A stretch of 64,000 nucleotides of DNA, taken from the NCBI GenBank assembly GCA_013115125.1, contig JABANN010000109.1, positions 1-64,000 on the forward strand, in the 5' to 3' direction. This stretch comes from Perkinsus olseni (Eukaryota). The notes under the pieces were generated by a model that did no database searches, had not been told where the DNA came from, and worked only from the letters and a program-made list of their open reading frames with translations. Below are positions 1-12,900 of the stretch, piece after piece (position 1 is the stretch's first letter; each line of letters begins with the position of its first letter). Position numbers and translations under genes: made by a program.

Positions 1-331
1 CAAGCCCGAGGCCTTGGTGGACTTGCTGTATAAGTACGAAGTGGCCAAGAACCAACGCGACGATGTCCCGTTGCCGTTCACAAGCTTCTACCGTTGGCCA
101 TCTTTCTTCCGGGATATTCGTCCCGCGGAGTGGCTATGGGCTGAGATGTACGCCTACCCCTACGGCGCGGATCAGGAGTATTTGTCCCTGAACTGGATCT
201 GGAAGCAGACGGGACTGGATGCTGGACTTGAAGAAATCGTCTACCCTCTGATGGAGTATTATCGTGAAGTCGACTCTGATACCATCCCGGGCAGATGGCC
301 TGGATGGAGTCGGCATGGGCCTAATGCGTAG
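1..331 (+). CDS. 3' end of an unknown protein running in from before the window
   Basis: Open frame from the window edge to TAG at 329-331, protein-like Trp/Tyr-rich sequence, followed by an AT-rich 3' region; no family recognised. Confidence 0.4.
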   Translation, partial: KPEALVDLLYKYEVAKNQRDDVPLPFTSFYRWPSFFRDIRPAEWLWAEMYAYPYGADQEYLSLNWIWKQTGLDAGLEEIVYPLMEYYREVDSDTIPGRWPGWSRHGPNA

Positions 332-1629
332 AGTCTTTTATTTAATTTGTCCCGTTACTCCCTGATTTGAGTACGGTGACTACTCGCGCTGCTATATTTC
401 ATTGTCTGCTGTGCCCTGACTACTGCTCCTTATTATTTCTGATATGCCGGGATTAGTTCGCTGTGATACTATCCCGTGATTTTATGTATTGCCTCTGCTA
501 AGGATCTGCTCAGGTTTGGCGGGGACGAGGTGTTGTGGGTGCAGATTGCCTACTACCGGTGCTCCTCTACTCGGTTGGTTGGTCCTGAGTATGTCCCGAG
601 CACTCCCCAAGGGTTTTGTCAAGTCCCGAGAGAGGTCAAACCCTCGCAGTCCTTATATAGCTGCTGAGCCCAATACCGATCGTCTGGGCAAGCGAGATGC
701 TCAGGCCGTGCTGTGAAGTAGAGAGAAGAGTGAAGTGCATTGTTACACTACTTCTGTCCCAGGGTAGTGGTATTGGCTTATTCTGGCACAAGACATCCGC
801 TTGTTGAGTTTCCCCTAAGTGATATCCAAGTCAGTACCGCGACACCCGGCGTCCACTGGAGAGTGCCGAAATCGATCACTGGTCACTGCCCCACCCCAGT
901 GTATGATGAGCACTAATCAGTTTAAGGAGAGAATATCGAACGCAAGGCTGGCCTTATGGGGGATCCGAAATCACAGGTACGAGAGCTGCTAGGCGCGACG
1001 TACGCTAGAGGCAAATTATGAATCACCGACCAATCATCTCCATCGCCCCACCTTGATACAAGGGCAAGGAGAGGGAGACGAAGAAGCGGCAGCAATAAGT
1101 AACAACACGGGGGAAAATAATATGCTAAAACAGCCCGGAAGCCTCCATCGGTTTGACGATCACAGCAGCACACCGTCAGCTTCAAACGACGCGCGGGTCG
1201 GTGGACCGGCTGCCTTAGCGGCCTTGGCCTTCGCTTGAGCTCGAGCATGGCGGAACCTGCACCACAGACGAACGCATGCCTCTATCACATCGCTACTCAA
1301 GTTGGCAACTCCTAGTGAGAAAGAATAGCAGTGAACTCACGGGAGGCATTGATCCGACGAAGTAGAGGTAACACTCTGCAATAACGAAGAATGTGCATGT
1401 CAAAGTGAGACCACTATGCCACATGCAAGAATGAGAACACTATGCCACTCGGCAGCTGGGGCTGAAGTCAGCACTCGGATGATGGCTCAGTGCTTCAATT
1501 GTTCGATCGCTGTTCTTGCACCACGTAGCATAGTGGCCCCACTTCTGCATGTCGTATTTCTTTCGTTACAGAGTGCATCAGACCTTCAACTCCAGAAAAG
1601 CTGTTATCAGGCAAACTTCATCTACCCGA

Positions 1630-2772
1630 CTAGAATCGCCAAGACAGGCCGTCATGCGCACCCCCGAGAGGGCGAGACACCATCGTCTCGAGTACTACCC
1701 CGGAGGCAGGAGACGGCCATTGGGAGCGAAGAGGGGCCGTTCGGCTGCCGACCGCGGCTGCTGCCATGGCTGAGCGTGCTGCCATACTGACGAGGAAGAC
1801 ACGGAAGTCGATGTGGTCCAGGGAAGTGCCGGGGCCTGACAGACACCACCTCTCCCTCAGAAAGAAAGCCGAGCGCCCCGACCCACCGTGGTCGATGCCG
1901 CAGAGGCTGACGAGACTGCTAGCTGTCCATACCAGCCGGCCGCCTGACCCGATTGCTCCCACTCAGCACGCTCATAGCGACTCCTGTGCCTGAATGACAC
2001 TACCACTCCTTCCCCTACACTTACACGATGATCACCTCTGACCGGCTACGTGGCTCTCTAAGGAGGACCAGGCCTGTGGCCGGGCGTCGCAAAGTGTACA
2101 GTAGAAGCAGTCCGGCCTTAGTTCAATGAATTTAGGCAGATCCTCCTGTTTAATTACGGGTGGTTCAGCACCACTGCCGACGCCCCCACCCTGGGCTGTC
2201 GGCACCACCGCCGCCGAGAGCTCCTCCTTAGAAGGTGACTGAGACAATAGCCAATACCCCAATCGAGACGACCGTCATACGTTAGTGAGCTGCATGTCTT
2301 CGATGGCCTTCATTCGGGCCTCCTCAGGCTGCATCTGCATCCACCGCAAATACCGCTGATGCTTCTCAGACTGCAGATGGTTGCTCATGATATCGAAAGA
2401 TATGCAGGTCTTCTTGCGGCAGAGCTCACAGTAGAGCCATCCCTTCTCTAGTCCTGGCCAGGGGCAGCTAGACGGCCCTGCTACCCCAGAGCGGCCCGAC
2501 AGAAGCCTTCAAAAGCTTCTGTTGGGCCATTTTGAGGGAAAGTCCAGAATTTTCATAAGGAAATTTTCACGTACATCGTGCTGTACATGATATAACCGCC
2601 ACGTCTCTCAGCACGAAGAATGGAATGAATGGCTCACCGTAGTATTTCTTCCCATCCGATAGCCCAACGAAGTTGTTCTCAAGAATGGCCCGCTGGCTGG
2701 CAGGGAGGTTATCATAGTCCTTCTGGGGGTCCCAATCAGGCGGCATGTCCCATGACGAAGACGAATAGTCTG
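1630..2772 (-). CDS. Multi-exon U1/matrin-type C2H2 zinc-finger module (copy 3)
   Basis: Exons WDPQKDYDNLPASQRAILENNFVGLSDG, GWLYCELCRKKTCISFDIMSNHLQSEKH and FYCTLCDARPQAWSSLESHVAGQR|intron; boundaries approximate. Confidence 0.7.
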
Positions 2773-3729
2773 AGGAAATACAATACTTGTGCAGCCGGAT
2801 ACAGAAGGGAGGGCCGGACGACGATTTAGCAAGCAAAAGGTCCTCGGATCTACCCCAGCACCCTCCGTTCTTCGAACGAGCAACAGGGGACGAGAGCTAG
2901 TAGGGCACACAATGGGTGTCGTCCATTATGACGAGAGATTTATGTGAGGTCGGCTAATGGAGCGATGAGTGCCCAAGTCCGCTGCCCAGTACTACTCCGT
3001 CTGTTGCCAGGAGGGTTGTCATTAGAGCGCCTGTCAGGATCCCAGGAGCTCTTCCACAGGCTACCTCCCAAAGCTCTCGAGTCCGATGGAGACTTCTCGC
3101 CTGAAGGAACAGCAATCCGGCGGCCTAGCACAGCCATTCTCACCCCATCTATTAAACCTCCCCCAGGATGAGGAGTCGGGCTTCTCATCTTCCTTCTGCT
3201 CCACCTTCTTCTTCACTTCAGCAGCAGCCTGCGGACTCCTCTCCGGAGAAGCAGTTTCTGACCAACAGAAGATCATCGCAAGCCAATCAGCTCAGCCCCC
3301 GGCTCACCTTGCTCGGTCGGAGGTTCCTTCTCCGGGCCATCCGCAGGATAAGAAGCGGAGCCTTCACCCGGCGGATCCGTCCTAAAATCCTCGAGGCCTC
3401 AACATCAGCAAAGCCAGGGGGAGGGTTGTTACGTACTTAGCCCCACTCTCGGCCATCGTGTGGGCGGCACTGAGCAGGACGGAGCGGGAGCCGTTCTGAT
3501 CCCCGGACCTGTCCAAGTGCAAGATGCGGCGTCGTCCTCCCAATGGAGGTGGAAAGGAACGCAAGTCTTCGTGAGAGCTCACCAGTTGTTGCCCTGCCTG
3601 CTGCCGTCATCCCCGATGGAAGGCATGACAATCAACAAGCGAGAGGGAAATCAACTGCCGCCGTCACTCAGCCTCCCCGGACTAGCGCAATGCAGAAGCC
3701 GATGAAGAGAAGCATTCACGCGATCATGT

Positions 3730-5606
3730 ACCCTCAGCGTAGGGCTGGCGGCGAAGGCGCTGCGCCGTCCTGAACCTGAGAGAGGCTATACCTCCACTCG
3801 GTGCATAGCCGATCACCCAGGAGGCAGCAGGGCACCGTTAGGAGCGTACAGCGCCTGCTCTACTCCTTGCGGAGGCTCTGGGAAACGACGCTCGAACTGG
3901 CTCGGAGGTGGCGGCGAGAATGGCCGGGCACTCACCTGCATGGTCGTGAAGAATGAACTACAAACCGAGGCTCTCACGTTGTAAGACAGACTGTCTGCAG
4001 TTGACGCCGAGCGAGGTCTCGATGCCTCCAAACGGTCAGTATTACTCCGGTGCCTCGAGGAGAAGTTACAATACTTATCGAAGCTGCTAGGTGGGCAAAC
4101 CCTCGCCCACAACGGAGAGACTCCGAGAGCCTTCGACCAGACCAGTAGGCCCCCTTCCCTTTACTTATTCCCCTGCAGATGAGCCCACATGTCCCTCTCG
4201 TTCTGAGGTTTGGCATCACATAGCTTGCAGTAGTAGCTTTCGCCCTTCTCGATCACCGAGTCCGGCAACGACACCTTCTGACCATCCACCCGGCGCTTCT
4301 TGCCGCCGCCTGGCTGTTGAGAATTCACTGAGTTGGCCTGTTGGAGGGCGGGCGCCTCGAAGGCCTCCTGTCAAGGGGAGTTCTTCCCTCACTAGAAAGG
4401 TGACGATTTGTAGCACCTCAGTCAGCCGACGCTTCCCGACCAGAGTCTGCAGGGACTTCACGGACAAGACCACTAGGGGCTCTCTAGTGCTTAGCTGTGA
4501 CGGGGACTTCCTCTTTTTCTTCGACTTCTACAGCAAACGACGAATATGTGGAAACGAAGGCAATAGTAACGACTCTTCATCATGGCGCTGTTGATAGCTC
4601 CAACGCTCAAGATTATCTGAACCCTAACAACCCCTCTCTCTACCGTCCACTACTGGCTGCTAGACGGATGACAGAGAACCCCAAGCTCCTCCTCGCTACG
4701 GACTACCCACCCCCTATTCCCCCTACTGATGCTGCTGCTGCTGCTGAACTTCCCGCCGATTTCCTAAGAGTCTGCAACATTTCAAGGCTCGAGGCCAACT
4801 GATCTCGATCGCACTGCTTTCGGTGCCTGCAATCAGTCGGTAGCCCACTGACCATACGATGGAGCCCCCACGGCTACTTCTGGCCCGTTAAGTGATCTCC
4901 TAGGGAGATCTTCGCCATGGGCCCACACTTGCATAGAGTGCAGAAGAAAGTCTCGCCACGTTTAGAAAGAAACTTCGGCAGGTTACCAGAAATCTTCTGA
5001 GGTGCCGATTGAACAAGGGAAGCATCCTGAACGAGAGAGCGCAGAGAGGACAAAAAACAAGAGAACCGCCCTAACGGTCGGCACAGGTTCACCGGCCTCT
5101 AAGTCCTCTAGCGCCCGAAGTCGATGGTAGGCTCTTTATCCCGATGCCTTGGCTTCTAGGGGTATTACACTGCGAGGCACTGCTGCTACTCTTTCTTGAT
5201 GCCTCACGGAGGCAAGGTGACCTAACATGATCTCAAACCGGTCACACTTCTTGTCACAGAGGCGGCAGTAGAGCCAACCCGCCTTCACACCTACCAAAGA
5301 CGACAACCATACCATCTGGGCTACCTCAAGCGCGGCTACCTGGATGATACTCCCGACCATCAGAAACGGACACGAAGTTGTGGTCAAGGATACCACGCTG
5401 GGCCTTCGACAGAGGGGCAGGACCCACTGAGCCTCGATGAAAGCATCGTGACACAAAGGCACAGGGGCCACTATCCCCCCACTACCGCCAGTCATCGAGC
5501 GCTCCCTGGCCTCCTCGCACCAGTCGCTGGGTTCGGATAGGCTCTTCTCACCTAGCAGAGGCACGCTAGGAGCCGACCACGCGAGGATGACGCGATCGCA
5601 CTCCAT
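3730..5606 (-). CDS. Multi-exon U1/matrin-type zinc-finger module (copy 2, three fingers)
   Basis: GWLYCRLCDKKCDRFEIMLGHLASVRH, FFCTLCKCGPMAKISLGDHLTGQK|, YYCKLCDAKPQNERDMWAHLQGNK|, then ALYAPNGALLPPG|FRT. Confidence 0.7.
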
Positions 5607-5989
5607 TGTTCGGACTGCTGCCAGGCATCAGGCACTGACTGGCGATTGTGATCGAGGCTGTTCTCCTTATCATGGCCCCCTTTTCCGCTGCCGTGGATGC
5701 CCCACAGGGTTGAGGCCATGGGAGAGAAGGGACAGTCACACTAGTCACAGAGGAGGAAACAACACCATGTCTAGGAGTTTAGACAGCAGTACCACACCAA
5801 CAGCAACTCCTGTGAGCGGATCGCTACAGCCCGGCAGCAGAACCGCTGGACTGTCTGTGTTATCCTGCACTCCCACACAAGAGCTCCACTGACGGCCAAA
5901 AAATAACAGTCAAGACCGTGGAGGCCTCCATGAGTGTGGATCGCACACTGTGTACGTAGAGTAATGAACGACTTGCCGGTGGTGATTAC

Positions 5990-6920
5990 TTGCTGACTTG
6001 AGCACGCTTCCGCAGGCACGTTCGGAAACTGCCAAGAACAGTACTATGGCGCTGCTCTCTGATCGAGCCACGCGCCCGACTCACCCAGGAGGCAGGAGCC
6101 GGCCGTTGGGAGCATACAACGGTTCCTCGCCGCTGTAACGTCGGACTTGGCGTATGGGAGGGGGAGGTGGTGGCAGTGGCGGGAGGGAGGACGGCGTTGC
6201 AGGTGTCGCGGGCACCTGATCGCACCCCTCCCAAGGACTACCGCCGAGGGGACTGACTCCTTCCTGCGGCGCGGGGGTCAGAGCGTTGCCACCAGAGACG
6301 TCCCTCAACACTTGTTGCCTCCAAGCCTCCCTCTCCAGTGCGCTCCGGTGCCTGCAGGAGGATCTCACCACCCAGCTGCGTGCCGTGACCGAGCCATCTC
6401 ACTTCTGGCCGTTTATATGAGTCTCGAGGCACCACAGCGATTGAGGGTTCTTCTCGCACAAAGTGCATCGATACCCCAGCAAAGTCTCCTCTATGTACTC
6501 CGGTAGCTCCGCGCTCTCTGTTACCGAGATCCACTGGACAGTCTTCGGCTGTTCCTGACCCTCTGAGCTCTGACCACAGACTATTTCCTAGTCGGGTCTC
6601 CGGCAGATTGCTACCGGGCTGGGAGACGGTTTCCTCTCCTCCTGCCACCGATAGTAGCTGAGGTTTTGCTTGTGCTTCTTGGAGAGTATATGGGACAGCA
6701 TAGCCCCTCGAAGGATATGAGTTTTCTTCTCACATGCCAAACACACCAGCCACCCTTCCTCAACTGTCATCGACAGAACTCACTACGGCCAGACCAGCAC
6801 CAGGACTCACTCCCGAGGGTAGCCCCGTCGCTGAGGACCACGCTGTTCGCCTCGAGATGCCGCCTCTCGTCCTCGGGGAGGTTGCTGTAGGCCAGCTCAG
6901 GGTCATAGGGCTCGACGACT
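5990..6920 (-). CDS. Multi-exon U1/matrin-type zinc-finger module (copy 1)
   Basis: YDPELAYSNLPEDERRHLEANSVVLSDG, GWLVCLACEKKTHILRGAMLSHILSKKH, YRCTLCEKNPQSLWCLETHINGQK|, PLYAPNGRLLPPG|FRT. Confidence 0.7.
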
Positions 6921-7329
6921 AATCAAGAGGAGGCCGTTACCAAGACGCTGTCTGAGCATTTGTACATAGCGAAGAAGATCCGGGCGGGAACAGCATTCCC
7001 GATGTGGTCAAGCGTGCCGGCTCAGTCACGGAAGAACGAGTGACAAGACCTGACAACCTCCCGATATGTTGTGCAAGTGGAGGACGTTACTGCTACCGGT
7101 GGAGGGGCAGGTGGTGGGAGCATCCCAGCTGCCTAAGCCGCTTGCGGTCAGGTCAGAGTTACCTACACGAGTAGAGGCCCAACGAACACAGCAGAACTTC
7201 TCAGATTTTACCCCATCACTCGTGTAATTCGCAAGACTTAACCACAGGGAACGAGTTCAGACCAACGCAAGGCCTCCACTGACCCCCAGGACTGTCCGCT
7301 ACTGCCCGTACAACTACGGCCAACAACTA

Positions 7330-9416
7330 TTAGCTTCCCATCCGCACCTCCCTGCCTCCCCCATAGCTCAGCACTCCCCCACTCGAAGTCACTCTTACAG
7401 CCTGCTGAGTAAGGGTCAAAACCGTCGGGGAGTGATCGCGGCAGCAGCAGCCTTCCTTCCCACCCCCGACCACTTGACCGTTGGCAACGTCTGCACGGTG
7501 ATAGACATCCGGCGTGTAGTACTCCGTCCATCTGCCCTTTCCTTCGGCCTCCTTCTCACACGTAGCGTCCATTATCTGAATAACACCAATGCCTACCATC
7601 AACCTCGCATTCCTTTCCGATCAGCCCATCGACCCTGCACTTCCGTAAGGTACAGTGGCACGGCAATCGACTGGGCGGAAGGTGTAGCTCCCTCACCCCT
7701 TAATGATGACGATCTCTTCCCAGGAGGCCACCGCGGCAATAAAAGGAAGAGCTACAACCGTCCCAACTCCCTCCGGCTCCGGATATTAATGCTCTCACCA
7801 ACACAACAGCAGCCGTGCCGTGAACAACAACAAGAACATGTACAGGCTAATACTGTGTAATGCGCTGTTGGTTCTTCAGCGCCAAGTGCTGGCCTAAGCC
7901 ACGCTGCATACCTACAGTGACCACAAAGGCAAAGGCGCTGATGAGCACGAGTCCAACCCTACTGTTGCGCAACCCGTAAATGTTCTCTCCATAAACCCCC
8001 CGAGCGAAGCCAGTGTACCTGCGCTACTCTGAAAGGTGGCGAGGGCATACCATCCTCCACCCACCGGGGTATGTGCATCCCTATGGCAGGCTGTTGCAGC
8101 CCGTAGCCCTCCTGGCCTGGTGACCGTCCAGCATAGTCAACGTGAATGCCTACGGTGGCTATACGAGAGGGTCAAAGAGGAAGAGCTCACCAGTGAAGGG
8201 GCAGGTGCTCGTCCCCCTCCTCATGTGCATGTAGCTGCTACTGTGAACGGGTATTTCTCTATGACCGTCGGACTCGACCAGAGGTACCTTCAGTGGAGCC
8301 AATCGACCTGGCGAGCGCAAGGGAACAAGCCACCGCATGGGACGACCGGCCGTGCGATTCGCACGGTGTGGATAATCCCAACTACATGATTTCTACGTTG
8401 AAAGTTTCAGAGGGTTTTCCAGCGTTGGGAGAGATCGGTTATCAAGGTAAAAAAGCGGCTCTGGTTCAATACACCGTCGTCGAGATCGCGATGACAGCTT
8501 TCGACGTGTCGCGTCCGTAACAAGAAGTAACGAGGGGTGAGCCCTTCTTGAGCATACACCCTTTATGAGGCCATGCCCCCAGGAACCCCATCGCGCCTAC
8601 CTACCATAGTGTTATCGTCGGCAAAAAGGTATCCCGGCTTGAGCCGTCCCTTGCCATGGTACACTCCCATAGGATAAGGTCTGACCGAACACATCATCTC
8701 CCCTGTCCTTTGTCAGTGCAGAAGGCGTACCGATTAATGCTGCCAAACTCTCCAATTTCGTGAGCGCTGAGACTTCTGTCGAGGGTGTTGGTCCAGGATG
8801 CCCCTACAACAATAAAGGGCATCCCACTACTTTCATGCTGCTTTCCCGATGCTGAATTTATCGTGAGTGTTTGCTGCCGATTTTTCGGGGTACATAGGGA
8901 GGTGTTTCGAAAATAAAGAGAAGAAGAGTCACTCTCGAGCCCTCGGAAAGTTTTCTGGAGGTTTCCGCAGTCCCTTTCCGGCTCCGAGCAAAACAAGAGA
9001 AAGGGACGAACAAAGTCATCCTCGAGAAATACAACATTGAAATCGAAGAAGTAGTAGGACACCCTTTAGAGTCGCCCTACGGTCAGATCTACGGACACCC
9101 AAGAAATCGTCACTATGCCCCATAGGGATTTCCAGCGTTATCGGCCCCTTAATGGCCCTACCAAAAACGTTCTCAGCGGTTCTTCCAGGTACATACCCCA
9201 TGTACCCGGGGATGCCATCCCGGATGCTCAGTACCTGACGCCAACACCATCCCTCAGAGGACGGGAAGGGTCCGTGGTACCTTTCGAGGGCGTAGGGGTG
9301 GCAGCTGACATGCCTTGGGAATCCGAGACTCCCGGTAGTCCCCAGCTACTGGCGTTGAGATCCCTAAGCGCATTCGGTGATGGAAAGATTCTGGGCAGCC
9401 CGGCTACCTCGGGCAT
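7330..9416 (-). CDS. PYG-repeat (FAM166/DUF2475-like) putative microtubule inner protein, multi-exon
   Basis: Exons GIPGYMGYVPGRTAENVFG (~9155-9215) and MHIPR|YTGFARGVYGENIYG (~7970-8075) match the IPGYxG...ENxxG repeat; 3' end uncertain. Confidence 0.5.
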
Positions 9417-9913
9417 CGCACGATGAGCTTCGGACGCTAGGCCTCGAGAGGACGGTCGACGAGGATCGACGTGTGTCAACCTAAGATTCGATAAGATCAG
9501 CTTCACTGCATGGTAAGTGGATCCTGCGCAGTAGCCCCGCAGCTCAATACTATAGGGATTCAGCGGAACGTGGAGGATGCCCTTCGACCACCGTCACGCG
9601 CCTCGAAATTACTACCGTAGATCCGCTACTCCGGGAGCTGCCGCTGGACCGGGCCGTCCTCTTAGACAACATCAACCCTTCGTGACGGTTGTTGTTGAAT
9701 TTAGTTTTGTGGCGCGTGACGCTTCATTTGGCAACCGCGCACGCCCGAGGCCTGCTAAATTTTTCTTCTTTTTGACTGTGCAGTGGACCATCTATACGTA
9801 ACCTTACTCTACTACTCCTGAGCTTCTGTCCATCCGACCCTTTCCCGCGCTTCGCTCCGCTGGCTCGTCCTAATTTTGTATCACCATCAGGTGACTGTTT
9901 TTAGTCATCGGAC

Positions 9914-12900
9914 ATGTCATATTACCAATCGCCATTCGGTCAGAATACACCAGCAGGGGCACCACCAGGATCATCGGTGCCTGTCCAGACCTCCCCCTTT
10001 CCAGGAGGGGCGCCCCAGATGGCTCCACCCCCCCAACCAGGCCAGCAGCAGCAGGGAAGTGGTACGCAGGCCGTCGAAGGGCTCCTCTGTAGTGCGGTGA
10101 CTAGCGGCGTTATCGTGGCGCATCTCCGGACGAGTGTCGGCGACAGTAGGAGATTTCATGGGGTTCAGGTCCCTACGGAGCGCCGCCTCCGATGGCTGGT
10201 GGCCAGCATCCAGTAGCACCCCCGATGGGTCAGCCTAGTGTCGGCCCTCCGCCCCTCCCAGGACAGCATATACCCGGGCCGCCACCTACATATGGTAGTA
10301 CTAAGGCAGTAGTGGATCAGAAGGGCTTTAAACTCTCTGTCTCAGCGTCCACGCCTTCTAACGCTGCCCCCGGGCAAGCCTTCGAGTATGTTGCGCCCGG
10401 ACCGACCGGTAGTCAGCCCCCACCAGCAGCAGCCCACGGCAGTATGGTTTCCCACGGTGGGATGGCGCCGGGTGGTGGACAGGTGCTAGAGGTAAGTGGC
10501 CTCCTATAAGGGCTCGTTCCGCCATGCTTCTCTTCAGACTGCCGAGTGCGATCCGGCTCTCAATGCCCGGCCTGAGTTCTTGCGGGGCAGCTTCAGTGTC
10601 ATGCCCGCCAGCGAGTCCACTCAAGTCAAGGCTAAGCTGCCCATAGGTGAGCTCTTCTTATCAAAAGGTCTAAGGTTCGATTCTCGGCCTCTGCAGGTTT
10701 TTTCTGCCAGCCTCTGGCCCCGACTGAAAGCCAGGTCCCCGTCGCCGACGTGATCCATCGTTGTGCTCGGTGTCGGACGTACTAATTTAGATGCTTGTAC
10801 CATCTTTCGCGCAAATCATCCTCAGGTACTTGAATCCGTTCGCCGCGTTGAACTTGCAGTTGCGGAGGTGGATATGTAACCTTTGCGGCCACTCGAACGG
10901 CATCGATGTCTACGAGCCCCCGCCGGAGATGACTTGCGGCACGGTGGACTTCATCGCCACCCAGGATTATATGGTACGGCTCCGACGCGTGTACCTCTGT
11001 ACGTAGGGCTTTGGTCGCAGGTTCGACCCCCGGTACCTCCTGTTTATGTCTTCTGTTTTGAAAAGAGTTATACAGCAATATCCACGGGGTTGGTGCGAGT
11101 TGCCGCTAACGCCATCAAGGATGCCCTCCCGAATCTTCCAGAACGGTCACAGATCGCTCTGATTACCTTCGATGACAAGAGTGTCAGCATCTTCGATTTG
11201 CAGGTAGGTCGCACTCGAATTTATAGGAAAATAAGGTCCTCGGGAAGTGCTTGAAGGGGCTGCAAGCAGCTGCTGAGTTGCTATTTTTACGGTATTATCT
11301 TCCTATTCCTCGCGACGACAATCGCCAAATAGAACATGATATTTCAGCGAGGTTGATAGCGGCCCTTCACCAATACTTGCTATCGTTACTATTGTTACGG
11401 TACCATCCTGCCCCGTCCCCTCTGCGATTCTCAAATTTATCAAGTAACACCCACATCGCGAACGCCTTCCTTTTCAGAGTGCAAATGGCACGGAGTATGT
11501 TATCTCCGATGTGGACGACCCCTTCCTACCCAAGCCGATGGACAGCCTCCTAGTTAACGTCTTCGATGACGCTGTTAATGGCACGATCAACAATGTCCTT
11601 GACAGCCTTGCCGAGATGAACCCACCCTCAGTGGCAAGTGACTGCTGTTGCATCACAGCTGCAGTCAAGTTGGCGAACTTGGTGATGCGTCATTTGGGTG
11701 GTAAACTTAGTATGTTCTCCTGTACCAAGCCGATCGAGCTTACCCCTGGCAAGCTGAAGAAGGAAGAGCGGGCGCCTGGTAGTAGTCCCCTCTGCCGTAC
11801 TGGCGAGTATTGATGATGCCTTTCTTCGTAGATGCGACCAGCATGGTGACTCCAGCGTCGTCGGTGTTCAAGGATATGACCTTGGACCTCATCGCCGTAC
11901 AAATCACAGTGGAGCTCTTCGTTGCAACGGACAACTTGCATATGGTAGTTGCGGGGTGTGGGGATCGAACCCGTGACCTCTGGACTACTGAATTATTTTG
12001 GTGCAGGATCTCGCGTCATTGGCCCCGTTGGCGAAGTACACGGGTGGCGACATGCGGTACTACCCGTTGTTCCGGGAGGCCTTCCGGGGCGAGCAACTGC
12101 GGCAGGATATCCAGCACATGCTCACACGTAAGATACGCTAACTTCTGAAACGGTCATAAAGATTCCTTCGCAGGCGAGACGGGCTTCGAGGCAGTTATGA
12201 AGTTCAGAGTTTCTCCTGGCTATGAACTCAAGAGCTACCATGGTCATCTGTTCCAGCGGTAAGGAGAAGGCGGTAGTCATCAGCATTGAAGAGCAAGTCT
12301 TGGTGTGGTAGGACTCGTAACTTGCTGGTGGCGCCTAACTGCACGGAGGATGAGACGTTCGGTTGCATCGTGGGCGTTAATAAGGATGTACTTGTTTAGT
12401 GTCAGCATCGACCTTGGAAGCTATCGTGTTTGTATCAGTTCTCTGGCCCGCAAGCACGCTCGGTGTGCATCCAAGCGGCATTGCTGTACACCTCCTCGGC
12501 TGGAGAGCGCCGTATTCGTGTTAATACGTCGCAGTTCCCGAAGTCCTTGGATGTAGGTTGTGGAGATTGCTACTGGTTGTGAGAGTATCTTTGATGGTAT
12601 CTTAGGTCGAACAAGTGATGGCCTCATGTGATGCCCAGGCGGCTGCCATCATTATGGGCAAGTATGCCATCAATGAGTCGCACAACGTGAGCGACGCACG
12701 AAAGTACGCCGAGGGGATGGAAGGGGCCTTCTAGACACTGTCATCAGGTACCTCCTGGACACGACCCAAGCTGCCCTCTCTGGTCCTAATGGTCGTCTAG
12801 AGAGCCTCGAGGCACTTCCAGGGTAGGTGGCTTCATCAAAGGTGTCGGTGAACACTCTTGGTTTACGCTACTGGCACGGACCGTGCACAACCTAATTTTT

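Noticed and set aside
332-746. Possible LTR ending in TGTTACA
   Set aside because: No second copy, clear PPT/PBS or RT/integrase sequence in view
11013-11032. GGTCGCAGGTTCGACCCC looks like a tRNA T-arm
   Set aside because: Spans the acceptor AG and the conserved Sec24 codons VRPP, so it is explained by coding and splicing constraints; the same applies to 13178 and probably 15609
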